A stretch of 64,000 nucleotides of DNA, from NCBI RefSeq assembly GCF_009914755.1, contig NC_060933.1; one strand, 5' to 3'. This document shows, one piece after another, positions 42,578 to 55,965 of the stretch. The first letter of the stretch is position 1; every line of letters begins with the position of its first letter. The DNA comes from the human T2T-CHM13v2.0 reference genome, Homo sapiens. The notes beneath the pieces are model-generated. The model did no database searches, was not told the origin of the DNA, and worked only from the letters and a program-made list of their open reading frames with translations. A program made the position numbers and the translations under genes.

Positions 42578-43572
42578 CTGCAACAAAACAAAACAATCAA
42601 ACCCCTCTAAATTTAATCAATTTTTTCACTTCAGGAAAAAGAAAAGTAATTAGTCATTTTAAAATAAGTTTTAACAAATTTAAGATTTCCCATATTTACA
42701 TAATGAAAGCTCTGCTGTATATCCTTGTGGAGTAACCTGATTAGCTGATTCTCAGTCTGTGTATCTATCAGTGCATTTAAAGAGCCAGGCCAACCAAGTT
42801 AACCAGCTAACAGTTACTTGCCAAGCACCTAGCTCTTGCCCAATTATGAGATCAAGTAGTCACTTCACAAATTCTTGCCACCATATGTTTTATAATTAGT
42901 TGGCTATTCCTATTAAATATAACGAACTGTTAACAAAATTAGTACAGCAACAAATTCAACCCAAGAATTGAACCTGGCTAATGGAGGCAACCCGGGAATC
43001 AATCCATATCCCTTCAGACACATGTGTGCATTTATGTTCCAAGGTTTGAAATAGATTCTTTAACCAGCTAGTCCCACTGCTAACTATTCTCAGATTCAAT
43101 CCCTGTGCTCTATCCAAGGTTAGGTCTCTCTGTTCCCCTTCATCTCCAGACACAATCTGAAGAAGGGCAATGCATGCACATGAAAAAACACAGGAGAAGC
43201 TAGCAACAGAGAGCCCAATACACTTCAGCCAGAGCTGGTTGGGGGTGGTCACACAACTTTGCTAACTATTGGGAGTCTTGTCCTTCAGTATGACTGTAAA
43301 AATAGAAGTATTGAAGTGCTACACACAGAGCACTCAGGAGAGGAACAAAGTTTGAATTGAAGGGGATTTAAAGCCAATGCTCTGGAGAAAGAGAAACTTG
43401 CTCACTATACCAGAAACAAAATAAAGCATGAGGGAAAATCAAGGGCATAAGATGGTCTCTTAAAGAACCAGCCACAGTAAAAATACATTCAAAAGATATA
43501 TAGGGCACCGGAAGTTAAGGAAGAGCATATCGAAAAGTAAAAATACTAGAAAAAGACTTCTGGAGATGTCAC

Positions 43573-43747
43573 CTTGTAAAGCTGAAATGTGTTCCCATAG
43601 AGCTCTTCCGTCAGCATGTTCCTCTGCTCCAAAATGGCTTTGTCATTGTATGCGTACTCCACGATGGCTGATGCTTCCGCATGCCGCAGCATCTTCCTCA
43701 CGTGGCCTTTAAAACTTCTGATTATCTCTGCAATCTGTGGTTTACTT
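43573..43747 (-). CDS. PUM3: PUM3 exon 8 (SKPQIAEIIRSFKGHVRKMLRHAEASAIVEYAYNDKAILEQRNMLTEELYGNTFQLYK)
   Basis: Lies within ORF 43546..43812; AG/GT boundaries; 175 nt. Confidence 0.97.
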
Positions 43748-44760
43748 CTAAACGCAACACAATCATGGAAAAATAAATGATAGAAGGAGAAAGCTGGGTG
43801 ACAATAAAACACAACTTACTTCTCCCAAGACCAACTCATCAATCTGTGTCACTCTGAGGAGTAAATGAGCTAGCATGCATTGAGAAGCTGTGGCCAGCAC
43901 ATAGTAAATGCTCAATAAATGTCATTTCCTATTAAACTGTTCTGCTCGAAAAAAACAGTAGGGCAGGAAAAAAGATAAAAGATTCAAGGAAATAGAAAAT
44001 CATATTCTAAGATTCCTTTTGAAGATGGGACTTAATCACAAGTATTTTAACTATATCCTAAAAGAATTAAACAGCTGGAAACTACAGCTAGGAATACATT
44101 TTTGAAAATTTTGTCAACTGCATATATTACACTTTTTGTTGTTGATTATCATATTCTAGCACATTAATACACTCAAAAAGATTGGTCAAGACAAGTACTA
44201 ATTCCACTTAATTTAGGAAATTCTCCCATGTTGACATTTTCTAACCCACTGACCCTCTATCAGTTTACTCACCTGTCCCTCCCCAGTCTCCACCCTCTTA
44301 ATACTGGTGGCTAATTATAAGTTAATTATTCTATTTCTCTTCTTCCAGAGGTTCAAGATAAACATTCACAAATCATCCATCATGTAAAATTATTTTTACT
44401 ATGCTACAATACCAGTCTACTTCAAAAGTGCTTATCTGTTGCTCACTCTGTCTTTAAAACTTTTGAATGCCAACAAATCAGAAGGTGAGGGTATACCTCC
44501 ATCAAAGTCATAAATTTCAAGGAGATTTGCAGGACATTTCTCATGTATCTTTTTAGGAATGAAGGCAGTACCATAATTTTACATTAATTTCGATAATTGT
44601 ATTTAAGATGATACTCTCTAAAAACAACACAAGCATCTGCTGAGAGCCATTACTATTACTTATAAAGACCACAGACTTCCTATCTCGCATCTGAGCACAG
44701 TTGGAAACCATGTCTTCAAAAGACAAAGAAAAAATGTATTTTATACATAAAACAACTTAC

Positions 44761-44827
44761 CCATACATGAGAAATTTCTTAACAATATTTCTCGAATATT
44801 TGGCTTTACTTAACTCAACCAAATCAT
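44761..44827 (-). CDS. PUM3: PUM3 exon 7 (DLVELSKAKYSRNIVKKFLMY)
   Basis: AG/GT boundaries; 67 nt. Confidence 0.96.
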
Positions 44828-45049
44828 CTGAAAAACAAAAATACATTACAGTGACTTCAGATCTCATTTCAGTTCTCTGGAAACAAAGGGAGGAAATTTG
44901 TCCCAGGCAAGGAAAAAATAAAAACAAAAAAGGATCTGGAGAAGACACACCTAAACAAAAATTGTTTTCTAGGACAGTCTTGGGTATTTTAAGAGAAAAC
45001 AAGTGACTTATTGCAAATGATAACATAATCTTTAGTATGTAATAAATAC

Positions 45050-45143
45050 CTCGCAATTCTTCAAAAGCCTGTTTTCTCTGTTCTTCATTACCATACTGAA
45101 TGTAACACTGGATCACACGAGTTGAATCGTGTGCAAATGCAAT
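45050..45143 (-). CDS. PUM3: PUM3 exon 6 (IAFAHDSTRVIQCYIQYGNEEQRKQAFEELR)
   Basis: AG/GT boundaries; 94 nt; PUF-repeat-like sequence. Confidence 0.96.
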
Positions 45144-47155
45144 CTGCAGGAAAAAGTTTGAGTTAGACTAATTCTCTTTTGAGACTTATGTTTCTCACTA
45201 ATTTATTGTGACCTCTTCTGGAATTTCTTGTTAGAAAAAAAGGTAGTCTTCATGAATAAAATCAAACCTAGATTACTGAGAACTACTTGTTTTAATTATA
45301 CAAAACATCATTCTGTTGTTTTGAGGCCTACCATATTTGATAGGTACAATAATGACATTGAGGCAAGGATAAATTTAACCATTTTGCAAGACTCCTCTCA
45401 TTGCAATTAAAACCAAAGCAAACCAAACCATCTGATGATTATACAGACTATACTTCTCATTTCTTTGATAAGTTACCGTCCCTAAAAGGGAAATATTTCT
45501 GTTTAAAAGGTCTGTTACTGTATGATTTTTATATAAGTGATCTAAGAATGTTTGGCTTTGGCAACCAGAAGTATACCTGTAAGATCAATCTAAAAGTCTT
45601 CCTAAAGAAATAAATACAACTATGTCCATAAACACTGTCAATTATATAATAAGTTAATCATCCATTTGTCACATTTTCATTATAATTCCCGCACATATAT
45701 CCAGTTATATTTCTAGAAGAGTTGTTGTGTTTTGAATCTGATTCTCTAACCCATTCCTCCTCATGACTGTTGGAAGGACCCACTGACCAATTTTCTAGAG
45801 CGCCCTCCACGAATCATCCATCATGCAAAATTATTTTCACTACGCCACAGTACCAGTCTACTTCAAAAGTGCTTATTTGTTGCTCACTCTAAAGTTTCTG
45901 AATTCCAACAAATCAGGTGAGTGTATACTTCCATCAAAGTCATAAATTTCAAGATTTGTAAGACATCTCTTAAGTATCTCTTAAAAAAATAAGGCTGTTT
46001 TTGTGCATATATTGAGCACCTATTATATAATCAACATAAATGCCTTAAACATAGTGTTCTTATTTATAACTCAAAGCAACAATAAGAATGAGCTGTTACT
46101 ATTCCCACTTTACAGATGAGGGAAGTAAGGTTATGAGAAGGAACTCGCTATCTCTATTACCCCGAGGAAGAATCTTACTTCCCTGAGTCCCAGATACATC
46201 AAATATACAACACGGATGATGACATACAGTAAACGACACAATGCATGTGCTGGTTAACACAATTCCTAGCCTATAGTAAATAATCAATAAAGAAGTTATT
46301 GTTATTGTTTAAAGGCACACATATTTTAAGCAGCCCAGCCAGGATTTGAATACCAAACTCACTTCTAACACCATGGTCATACAGCTGTGACCTCAGGGTA
46401 GTTGAGAAAGAATCCTGAGTGAAATATTTATAAATTGTCGGAGCTGAGGGGGCAGTCCTATTGTAAAAAGATCCTGCTGAATTTATAAGAAAGCGGCAGC
46501 TGATGACTTGCTACTTTCCTTCAAACTGTAATATAGCATCTGGTTAGACCTATGCATCTGACTTGACAAAGGCTGCCCCTCCAGGTGCCGTAAAACTATG
46601 AGAATCTGTTGTCTTCCAAGCCATTATGTATTAATCCAAATACACAAGAGTCACAGGAAATTTATTACAAAACAGGATTAAGCAGCAACAATGAAAACTA
46701 CTTTAGAATTCTCAAATGATTATATTTTAGTTAAAGATCTTCGCATGATGTTTACAAAAGCATGGAGGAAAAGAATGAAGTAATATGTTCACATCACAAA
46801 TATAAAGAAGTTGGCAATTGAGAACATACTAAATTATATGGAGTTTAGAACAACACATTTATAAAATACTACTGAACTAATAAACTTCTCAAGATAACTT
46901 TAAGGGAACACTGGCTTATTTTAAGAATTATTAAAAAATGACTGAAAAGACTGATAATCTTTTCAAAACTCCCTAGCAGTAAGGTCCCTCACTTTTAAAT
47001 TTTTATGTAGTTCAGTGTTATGGAAGATATTTAAAACTTTTGGCCAAATACACCGGAAACAATGACAAGATCATCTGTCATGAATGGTCAGCTACTCCTG
47101 AGAGTGAGGCAACTTCAACTGTTAAAAATTGCAACAATGAGTATATGCTACTTAC

Positions 47156-47231
47156 AGTTTTAATTTTCCCTTGAATCAACTTCTGCAAATCACTCATTAA
47201 CTTTACTCTTTTTTCTTTGTCACAGTCTTTT
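47156..47231 (-). CDS. PUM3: PUM3 exon 5 (KDCDKEKRVKLMSDLQKLIQGKIKT)
   Basis: AG/GT boundaries; 76 nt. Confidence 0.96.
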
Positions 47232-47828
47232 CTACAAATGAGGAGAGGAAGGAAACACAGTTGAAATAAAGAAGTTATTTTAAACACACAAAATTAAAAA
47301 CTGTACCAGTATATGTTCTCCAAGTTCAGCATGATTTTCTTTTCTAAGGCAGCAAACCTCTGCCATTAAAATTACTATTCCAGAGCAGCCAGACAAAAGT
47401 AATTTTCTCAAAGGCAGAAACTCATCTCAAAAGGTATAATTTTAGGTATCAATCCAAATCTTAACAGCCAGAACTTCAGAAGTAAAAAAAAAATAAAACA
47501 AATCTAAGATAACAAATACTGAAGTATCTCAAAATCTAGCTGATAAGAAATTGTCCTTCATTTTCTCAGAAATCTCTCAGGAAGAATGTCAAATTTATTT
47601 CAACCTCATACATTTTCATAAGCATATCCGATGCCATCATAATGATTCTACACACTTCTGTGACGGGCAGACTTCCAAGTACTGATGTCTCTAATGGGGT
47701 GTCATGAGGACCCCCTCAATAACCCAAGTGCTATGTCATTTATTTTAGGACATCTCACTATTTACAAGGTACACTGACTTCTCCACTGTTGCAAAGGGAC
47801 TAACAAAGGCATCTTTAGGTAGAATTAC

Positions 47829-47964
47829 CTTCTTAAAATCTCCCACATCTGCTTTGCCCGAACAACAATGTCATAGTTGGTTTTATCACTGAGTTGTCTG
47901 CTTTGCTTCAGTTCTTTCTTCTTCTTTTTGAAGTCATCCCATTTGGGCTTCTTGGCTGCTGATT
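47829..47964 (-). CDS. PUM3: PUM3 exon 4 (SAAKKPKWDDFKKKKKELKQSRQLSDKTNYDIVVRAKQMWEILR)
   Basis: AG/GT boundaries; 136 nt. Confidence 0.96.
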
Positions 47965-48933
47965 CTAGTTATTATAGAAATTATTTTCAATTACATTTAA
48001 CATTCTAAGTGTCATACACCAATACAAATTAGGTAAAAAGGGCAATCACTAATCAGGATCAATGCTCATTCTGGAAGCTAAAAAGGGGAACATACCATCC
48101 CCCATATATACTTCACTTTGCTTTCTGAGCAGTTTGTACATTTTACATTTGGTTAAATTTAAATCTTCATTAATTCTTCTAACAGGATACCTATTAAGAG
48201 AAAAGGACACTAAAAGAATTACAAAAGTAACTAGAATATTTTAAATATCTTTTTCAATTGTGAAATAAAATTCTACTTTTTAAGATTAAGATCATTGGAC
48301 TTTAGGTATAATTAACTTCCAATGAAAACAAAAATTAGTCCAAATGAAAACAAGAAAAACAACTTCGAAAATTCACTGTTCTGAGTGCTGTTGTATATTA
48401 AGTCACTTATTTCTTACAACAACTCGAAGAGGTAGGTATTAATATTACCCTCTCTTCCATGGTGGGGAAAAAGAACAAAGCAGTTGAGCTCTCTATCTGA
48501 GGCCACACAACCTGCAATGGTAGAATTAGGACTCAAACCTAGAAACAACCCTCTGCTGTCTTAGTCATGACAATGAACAACCAAAATTTCCAAGTTCGCC
48601 ACAAACAGAGTGATACTATAAAAGTCGAATATCTTTCTATCACCACTTTTTTGTCTTCAAAATCCAAGTAACTTACCAATTGAACTAATGATGCCAAACA
48701 AAGAACAACTTACTAAAATGGGTATTATTTACATGAGTATCTGGCACAGAATCTTTTGGGGGAATTAGTCACTTCTAACTATCTCCCTGTCTCTATAAAA
48801 AACTGGGAAAAATGCAAAAAAAAAAAAAAAAGAAAAGAAAAACCCTGTAAAACCAAAACCTAGCTATAGCCACTGATAATTTTCCCCTTGCTTCTTCTCC
48901 ATACATGTTTTAATCTTTAAAAACTCAAAAAGT

Positions 48934-49231
48934 GGCCAGGTGCAGTGGCTCACGCCTATAATCCTAGCACTTTGGAAGGCTGAGGAAGAAGAATCATTTG
49001 AGGCCAGGAGTTTGAGATCAGCCTGGGCGAAATAGTGAGACCCCGTCTCCACAAAAAATTAAATTAAAAAATTAGCCGGGTGTGGTGGTACATGCCTGCA
49101 GTCCCAGCTACTTGGGAGGCTGAGGCAGGAGGATCACTTGAGTCCAGGAGGTTGAGGATGCAGTGAGCCATCATCACGCCATTGCACTTCACAGTCTGGG
49201 CAACAAAGTGAGACCCTCAAAAAAGAAAAAA
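48934..49231 (+). mobile_element. AluJ-like (intron 3)
   Basis: Full diverged Alu. Confidence 0.9.
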
Positions 49232-50978
49232 ATTCAGAATCTGCCTTCACTCAATATGATTAGATTATGTTTGCTCATGAAATTAACATTCCTCAAGAAC
49301 ATAATTTTTAATGGCTATCCAATATACTACAATGTATTTATTATTCCTTTATTGTTTACTTATATATTCCCTGTCTGATAATACAAAAGATTATAGGCAA
49401 CAGAGGGCATATTTACCATTATATTAATATGGTATCCTCTACTATACAATAGAGGATAGGAACTGATCCAGGGCTAATTTAATTCCATAAATATTTGGGT
49501 ACCCTTGACATATGTCATGCTAGGCTGCAGTACATTTATCAGTGTGGGGGTTGTCTAGTAACCAATCTCTCATGTTATTTTATCAGTCTAGTTACTGATA
49601 CAAAAATATGAGAAAATGAAATCCAGAGTCCCATTTTGAGATATCAGGAACATATCTCCCATAGCAAAAGAAATCATAACTTTCCTCATATCAATGTGAG
49701 AAATTAATGTATATGTGTTTAAAATGCAGGCATCAAAAACTCCAGTAGAGAAAGAAAGATTTGGGATCTAGCAGAGAGGCTAGGAAAGAGAAAGTAGAAA
49801 AGAGAGCTGGAAGAGAAACTTCTGGCAATTGGGGAGGAGGAAGATGAGGGAGAAAGAAAAAATGAAAAGAGAAGATCAAGACTGGAGCATGAAAAGATCC
49901 TGGAGCCCTAATGGGAAACGATGGCATTTCCCCTCCTTCCTCTCTCCCTACCTCCTTGTCTTAAGGCTGCTGTCCCTCTGGTAAGCAGCCCTTAGGCAGG
50001 GTAAAAAGCAAGCACCAGGACTAGGGGATGGCACTGAGAAAACCATCCCCAGTGGTCTCAGCTGGCAACAAAGGAGCAGTGTTAAGACACGCTGTGCTGG
50101 AGAAAAAGAGAATAAAAGGCACCAGAAAAATTCTCAGGATGTTGCAAAGAAAGTAATGATATGACAATCCACATAACCTGGAAACTGCTTGTTTGAGATC
50201 AGTGCAGGACAAAGCACGACAGCGGAATGTTATAAAATAGAGAGCAAAGTTCTGGGTTAGAAATGACCCACTGAACATCGTTGACAGAGATGGGCAGTTT
50301 GTTTCAACAGACAAGCACGAGACCTGCCAATACTTCCAATCAGTGAGCAACTTGTCCTGAATCAATTAAAATCAAATCTGTCATGTGTGCACAACACCTT
50401 CTCTGGAACTACTATGGATCTGCGCCATCAGAGGGATTTATTGTATTAGACTGGCCTAAGCTCTGTGAAGGCAGGGTCTCTATGTTTCTTGCTCACCAAA
50501 GCATCCTTAACCAAGGCTGACACTTAGCTGGGGACAGACTGATTCTTTAAAGCCAGATTCTATGATTAGTTGGGGCCTGTATCCTTACTGATTATTTTTG
50601 TGTGTGTGCGTGTGTGTGTGTGTGTTTTGCCCTATCTCCTGGTACAATGCATAGAAAACTCAAATACTCGTTCGATGAACGAATAAATTTTAGCTTATAA
50701 AAAGAAATGTTTTATTGAGGTTCCACTGTATAAAGCCATTATAATTTAACTTAACTCCATGGCTAAGGTAATTCAGAAAAGGGCTAAGAAATAAGAAACT
50801 CTAAGCACCAGAGGAAAATTGTGAGCATGAAAGATGCTTTGTTGTTTATTTAAGCCACCTACCTGTCCCAAAATGTTACCTGCCAAGGAATAAGAATGTG
50901 AGGTTTCTAACGCACCTCCAGAGTCCCTGTGCACAATCGTTCAGGCACTAGTTCAGGCATGAACGAACCAGTACTTAC

Positions 50979-51200
50979 CATCGCTTCTACCATCTGGCTG
51001 GAATTTTCTCTTCTTGTTGAATTTATTTGCCGGCTGGAATTTGTTCTTTGGTGATTTGTCCCCTTGCTGCTTATTCTTGAACTGCTTTACACCCTTTTTC
51101 CCAAGTTTTGTGATACTTTTCTCAAAGTTCCTAGATGTGACTTTAGGTCCACCTTCTTTAGCAACTTTCCTTGTTGGAAATGTCTTTGAAGAACCAGAAT
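50979..51200 (-). CDS. PUM3: PUM3 exon 3 (SGSSKTFPTRKVAKEGG...KKRKFQPDGRSD), basic N-terminal region
   Basis: Lies within ORF 50953..51210; AG/GT boundaries; 222 nt. Confidence 0.97.
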
Positions 51201-52224
51201 CTAGTGACAATAATAATTATAAGTTCAATGATTCTGGGCCCAAATCTCTTTTATCTATTGGATTATATCCATTACAGAAAATTATACTTTTTAATCCCAA
51301 TACCATGTCTTACTCTCAAATATGCAACATATAGCCTTTTGAGTAGAACTGGATTTAAACAATCAAAACAAAAATAAAAAATTCTTTCCTTGATTATAAA
51401 ACCACCTAGAGAGTAGAGAAATGTAAAATAAAAGCTACCCATGATTCTACCACTAAAGATAAACACTGGTGTCAGTTTGGTATGTTTCTCTAGTTTTAAG
51501 CATATAGCAGAGCTATTATTTATATACCTTTGTATTCTGCTTTAATGATGGTCTACACAGAATTTTCAAGAGTTCAATAACAAAAGAAGTCTTAAGAAAT
51601 GACTTCTTGAACATTCTTGAAATTTGGAAAGTATATCATAAGGACATCTAAAATGTTAATTTTAAAATTTTCTAGTTTTAAGAAAATTTTAAAGCCTATA
51701 TTAAAATTATTTATCAAAAACTTTTGATCAAGAAGGCTTACAAATTAGTACCTAACAAATGAGATGCAAACAGTAATGGCTAACATTAAGGAAACATTAA
51801 TCATTTGTATAGTCCCTTGACTTTTCTGTTTTACAATACTGACACCTGATGGAATAATAAAGACATCACCATTATAAATTCTGAACCTAAACGTATTTGG
51901 CTTATTAGCAGTATGTATTAAACAGTCCTAATTTATCAAATGTTAAAATAAAATGTATGGTGAACTAGTGTGAATAAAATGAGGCAACAGCAGCAACAAC
52001 TGAGATAAGGAGTCTTTCATGAATAAGGCATTCCTCAATCATTCTTGCAATTTCTTAAGTGTCTAAATGTCATGAGCAACATGTTAACTCATACACAATA
52101 ACACATACTTCTTCCTACTATTTTAATCCTAATCCTAGCCAATGAATACAGATTGAAATTTACTACATGCCCTCCCATCCCCCAATTATAACAGCCAAAC
52201 ACCCACATGGGAAGCATATCTTAC

Positions 52225-52306
52225 CACTATTTTTATGAAATCTGTTTTTTTCTTGTGCTGTCTTTGTACTCTTTCCTGTGAATTGCTTTTTCCCTTTAAC
52301 TTCCAT
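52225..52306 (-). CDS. PUM3: PUM3 exon 2, coding part (MEVKGKKQFTGKSTKTAQEKNRFHKNS); the exon begins at 52316
   Basis: ATG at 52306-52304 in good Kozak context (ACGATGG); acceptor AG at 52317-52318; donor GTAAG; 82 coding nt. Confidence 0.97.
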
Positions 52307-53629
52307 CGTAGCAACTCTGGAAAACCAAAACCAAAACCAAAAACAATCACTGCAGTTCTCTTCATCAAATAAGAGCTGTTTCATAGTCATTGCCACATTT
52401 AGTCCTTCAGTCTACAAATACAATACAAATCAGCCAGATATAGAATGGACAAGTACTTAAATCCAGCAATTTTGCAATCACTGACTCAAATTTTAAAACT
52501 GAAAATGAACAAGGTATCAATAAAAAAACTAAGAACAACACACACCCTGGCCAGTGTTTGATATCTCTGGAGGCATCACTTCACTTCCACAATAGTACTG
52601 GCTAAAAATAGACCACTATTGACACTAAGTATAATAAGCATCAGAGTTTGCATTTTGTAACCTGGGAAGACTAGGGGATGAATAACTGACAAAATTATCG
52701 CTTGATTTCTTGGAGCCTAAAAAGCCAGGAACAAACAATAGGCTGCATGTACCACTACATGCATTTAATATAAGAAAATAAAGGATTATCTGAAAGATTC
52801 CTATGCAATCCAACACAGCTAAAACAAAGATTAGCATCCAGTGTTTAATCTGTGATTGTTTTAGACGCAGCCAAGCAATTGGCAGTGAACTCCAAAATAA
52901 GATGTTGAAATAGTTAATATTTCATTGAAAGGAATCTGTCTAATAGGCGCTTTATAGGCTACTGAGACACCATGGTGCACAGGATAAACAAGTTATAACC
53001 CCTCACCTACCCAAGGTCCCTGAAAGCAGCAGAACAGATCAAGAGAAAAAGCCATTTGGCTCATTTCTCCACTTTCCAAAGTTGGACGATCAACTCATTT
53101 GAAAGCTGGCTGTAAACAACAGATGTTAGGGATCCCTAGACAACACCAGATATTTCTAGATTAGAATTGCCCATTCAAGAACTAATTTCTCAGGATATTA
53201 CCATAAGAGAAAAGAAGGGTTCTGGGATAAAATATATTTGGGAAACAGTAAGTTAAATGACAAGAATCAGCCCGTAAGAAAAGGCTTTTCAGATTCTTTA
53301 ATTTGCTAATATATACAATCAATTCTCAAGCAAAGGCTAAAGGATGCAGGATTTTCCAACTCCAGTTGAACCACTTTTTCCTGGAACATCATAAGGGAAC
53401 AGCAGAGTTCCAAGGAGTACTCTGGAAAGTGCTGTTCTAATCTAGACTTTTCTAATGATTTTGAAAAATGGACAGTCCCTGAATTACTCAGCTTCCTCAG
53501 GGCATTTAGAACTGAAGGGTCACATTATTACTTGGCTATGGCCATCATAACCATACCTGCATCTCTCAGCTCTTCTACACCTGTAGTTTTCTAAGAATCC
53601 ATTCATTTACATGTTTTCTCTGTACGTTT

Positions 53630-55965
53630 GTTCTAATTTTTATATTGAAATAATTTTAGCTTTACAAAAGAGTTGAAAAGATACACAGTTCACATATACC
53701 CTTTCCCCAGCTTCCCCTAATGTTAACATACAGTTAACTAAGCTACAGAGTTGAGTTGGAGTTTACCAGTTTTTCCACTAATATCCTCTTTCTGTACCAG
53801 GATACACTGAATCTGGCCATCAAGTCTCCTTTGTATTTTGTAGAATATTCCTCATTTGGGGTTTGCCTGATGTTTTCTCATGATTAGGCTAAGGCTACAC
53901 ATTTTTTGGAAGACTACCAGAGGTCAAGCTTTCTTCTGGTAGTACTCTATCAAGAGGTACATGACATTAACATGACTTATTACTGTTTATGTTAACCGTG
54001 TTCACTTGGTCAAAGTAGTGTTTTCCAGGTTTCTCCACTGTGAAGTTGCCACTTTAACCTTTCCATCTTTATTAGATCCAAACCACCAAGTCCAGCCCAA
54101 AGTCAGAGGAAAATTAAGCTCCACTTCCCAGAAGGAGGGGTACTAAAGAATCCAGGCATACGTTAAACTACCACAGCAATTAATAAACATTTTAGACAAG
54201 ATGTTTGGAGAATATGTAGACATCCTATGTCCTCCTAAGTTTTACCTGCTAACTTTAGCATTTGTCGGTGGATATCGCCTGCAGCAATTACTGCATTTAA
54301 ATGGTGATCTTCTATTTCTCTTATTACTTTTGCCTTTGTTATTCTCAACTTTTCTGTAGGGAAGACTTGTCCCATCTTTTCCATCTATTTACTTGTATCA
54401 TATAGTCTCAGATATTTATTTCATTCCTTGGTTATAATCCAATACCACTGTTATTTTGTTGCTCAAATAATGCTAGCTCCAGCCAGGGGGAAGTTTCTCA
54501 GGTTGCTTCTGTGTCCTTTTGACGCGGCCCAACTGTTTTGTTTTGCTTTTAAAGCACATCCTTATTTCCTGGCACTGGCTCCAGGTTCCTTCTGTATTTT
54601 CCTTAACCTAGCCCTGAAATCAGCCACGTCTCCAAGGAATCCTGGTTCCTTTCATTGAGAATGGTATTTAAAAACCAAGATCTGAGTGCTAGGCGCACTT
54701 GTTGTCACTGAGGTGTCCCTGTTTCTATGTCCTTTCGGCAGACAGATTCAGGAAACACATATATGTATATTAACTTATGCATATGCACATACCTATATTT
54801 ATTTTTATATCTATTACAATAACTTGAAGCTCATACTGATGTTTCCAAATCTAATCAAGCACCACATATTTTCCTCCAGGCATCTCCTCTTGCTCATTTG
54901 TAACTTCCTTCTCTGACAGTGAGCAACCTGCTTCCCACCATCTACAATTTATTTATACACATATTCCACCCTACTATACATGCATAGTTTCAGAATTGCT
55001 AACCTGTACCCCGTGAGAAATAAATTTACAATGACAGTACAGTGTTGACGTACAATTCTTTTTTGTATCCATTCAAAATACTTTTCCAAAGTTACTTAGA
55101 GGCTTGCATGGTGGCTCACACCTGTAATCCCAGCACTTTGGGAGGCTGAGGCAGGTGGATTACCTGAGGTCAGGAGTTCAAGACCAAACCCCATCTCTAC
55201 TAAAAATACAAAATTTAGCTGCGCATGGTGGTGTTGCAAACATGTAATCCCAGCTACTCAGGGGGCTGAGGCAGGAAAATCACCTGAACCCGGGAGGCAG
55301 AGGCTGCAGCGAGCTGAGATTGTGCCACTACACTCCAGCCTGGGCAACAGAGTGAGACTCTATTTCAAATGTTAAACTACCATAGCAATTAATAAACATT
55401 TCAGACAAGATGTTTGGAGAATATATGGACATCCTACCTCCTCTTAAGTTTTACTTGCTAACTTTAGCATTCAAGTCAGTGTATTCTGCCTGCAGCAACT
55501 ACTGCTGCAGGCCAAAAAAAAAAAAAAAAGGTTCTTAGATCAGCCCTTCGGCCCCTCACCCTCTTTAGTGAAGTTACATGTTTATAATATAGTTTAACTG
55601 ATTTGTCACAGCCTGCATTCCATCCCCAGAAATGCTGGCAGATTTATTAAATGTGCATATAGTCAAGTTTACTCTTTCTGGTGTATAATTCCACGGGCTT
55701 CAACAAATGGCTAAGACTCATGCATCCACTACCACAGTATCTTACAGAAAAGTCCTGTCACTCTAAAAAGTCCCCTGGTACAGCTCCTTTGTATTCAACT
55801 CCTTCCCTCTTTCCTGACTGCCAATGATTAGGTTTTCACTCCTGTTTTGTCTTTTCCAGAATGGCATTCTTATACATGGAATCATACAATATGTAACTTT
55901 TTGAGTCTTGCTTTTTGCACTGGGCAAAATGCAATTTGCTTTGCTTGGGAACCCTGTACCTTCGT
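53630..55965 (-). mobile_element. Old L1M (L1MC/MB-like 3' region), antisense, interrupted by an Alu
   Basis: Motifs such as 'ttttatattgaaataattttag..tttacaaaagagttg' and 'ggaatcatacaatatgtaactttttgagtc'. Boundaries approximate. Confidence 0.6.
55101..55369 (+). mobile_element. AluS with an ~18-nt internal deletion and an interrupted tail
   Basis: Alu body lacks 'agcctggccaacatggtg'. The poly(A) resumes only at 55514-55529. Confidence 0.9.

Noticed and set aside
50600-50625. (TG)n tract in intron 3
   Set aside because: Ordinary short interrupted microsatellite with nothing unusual.
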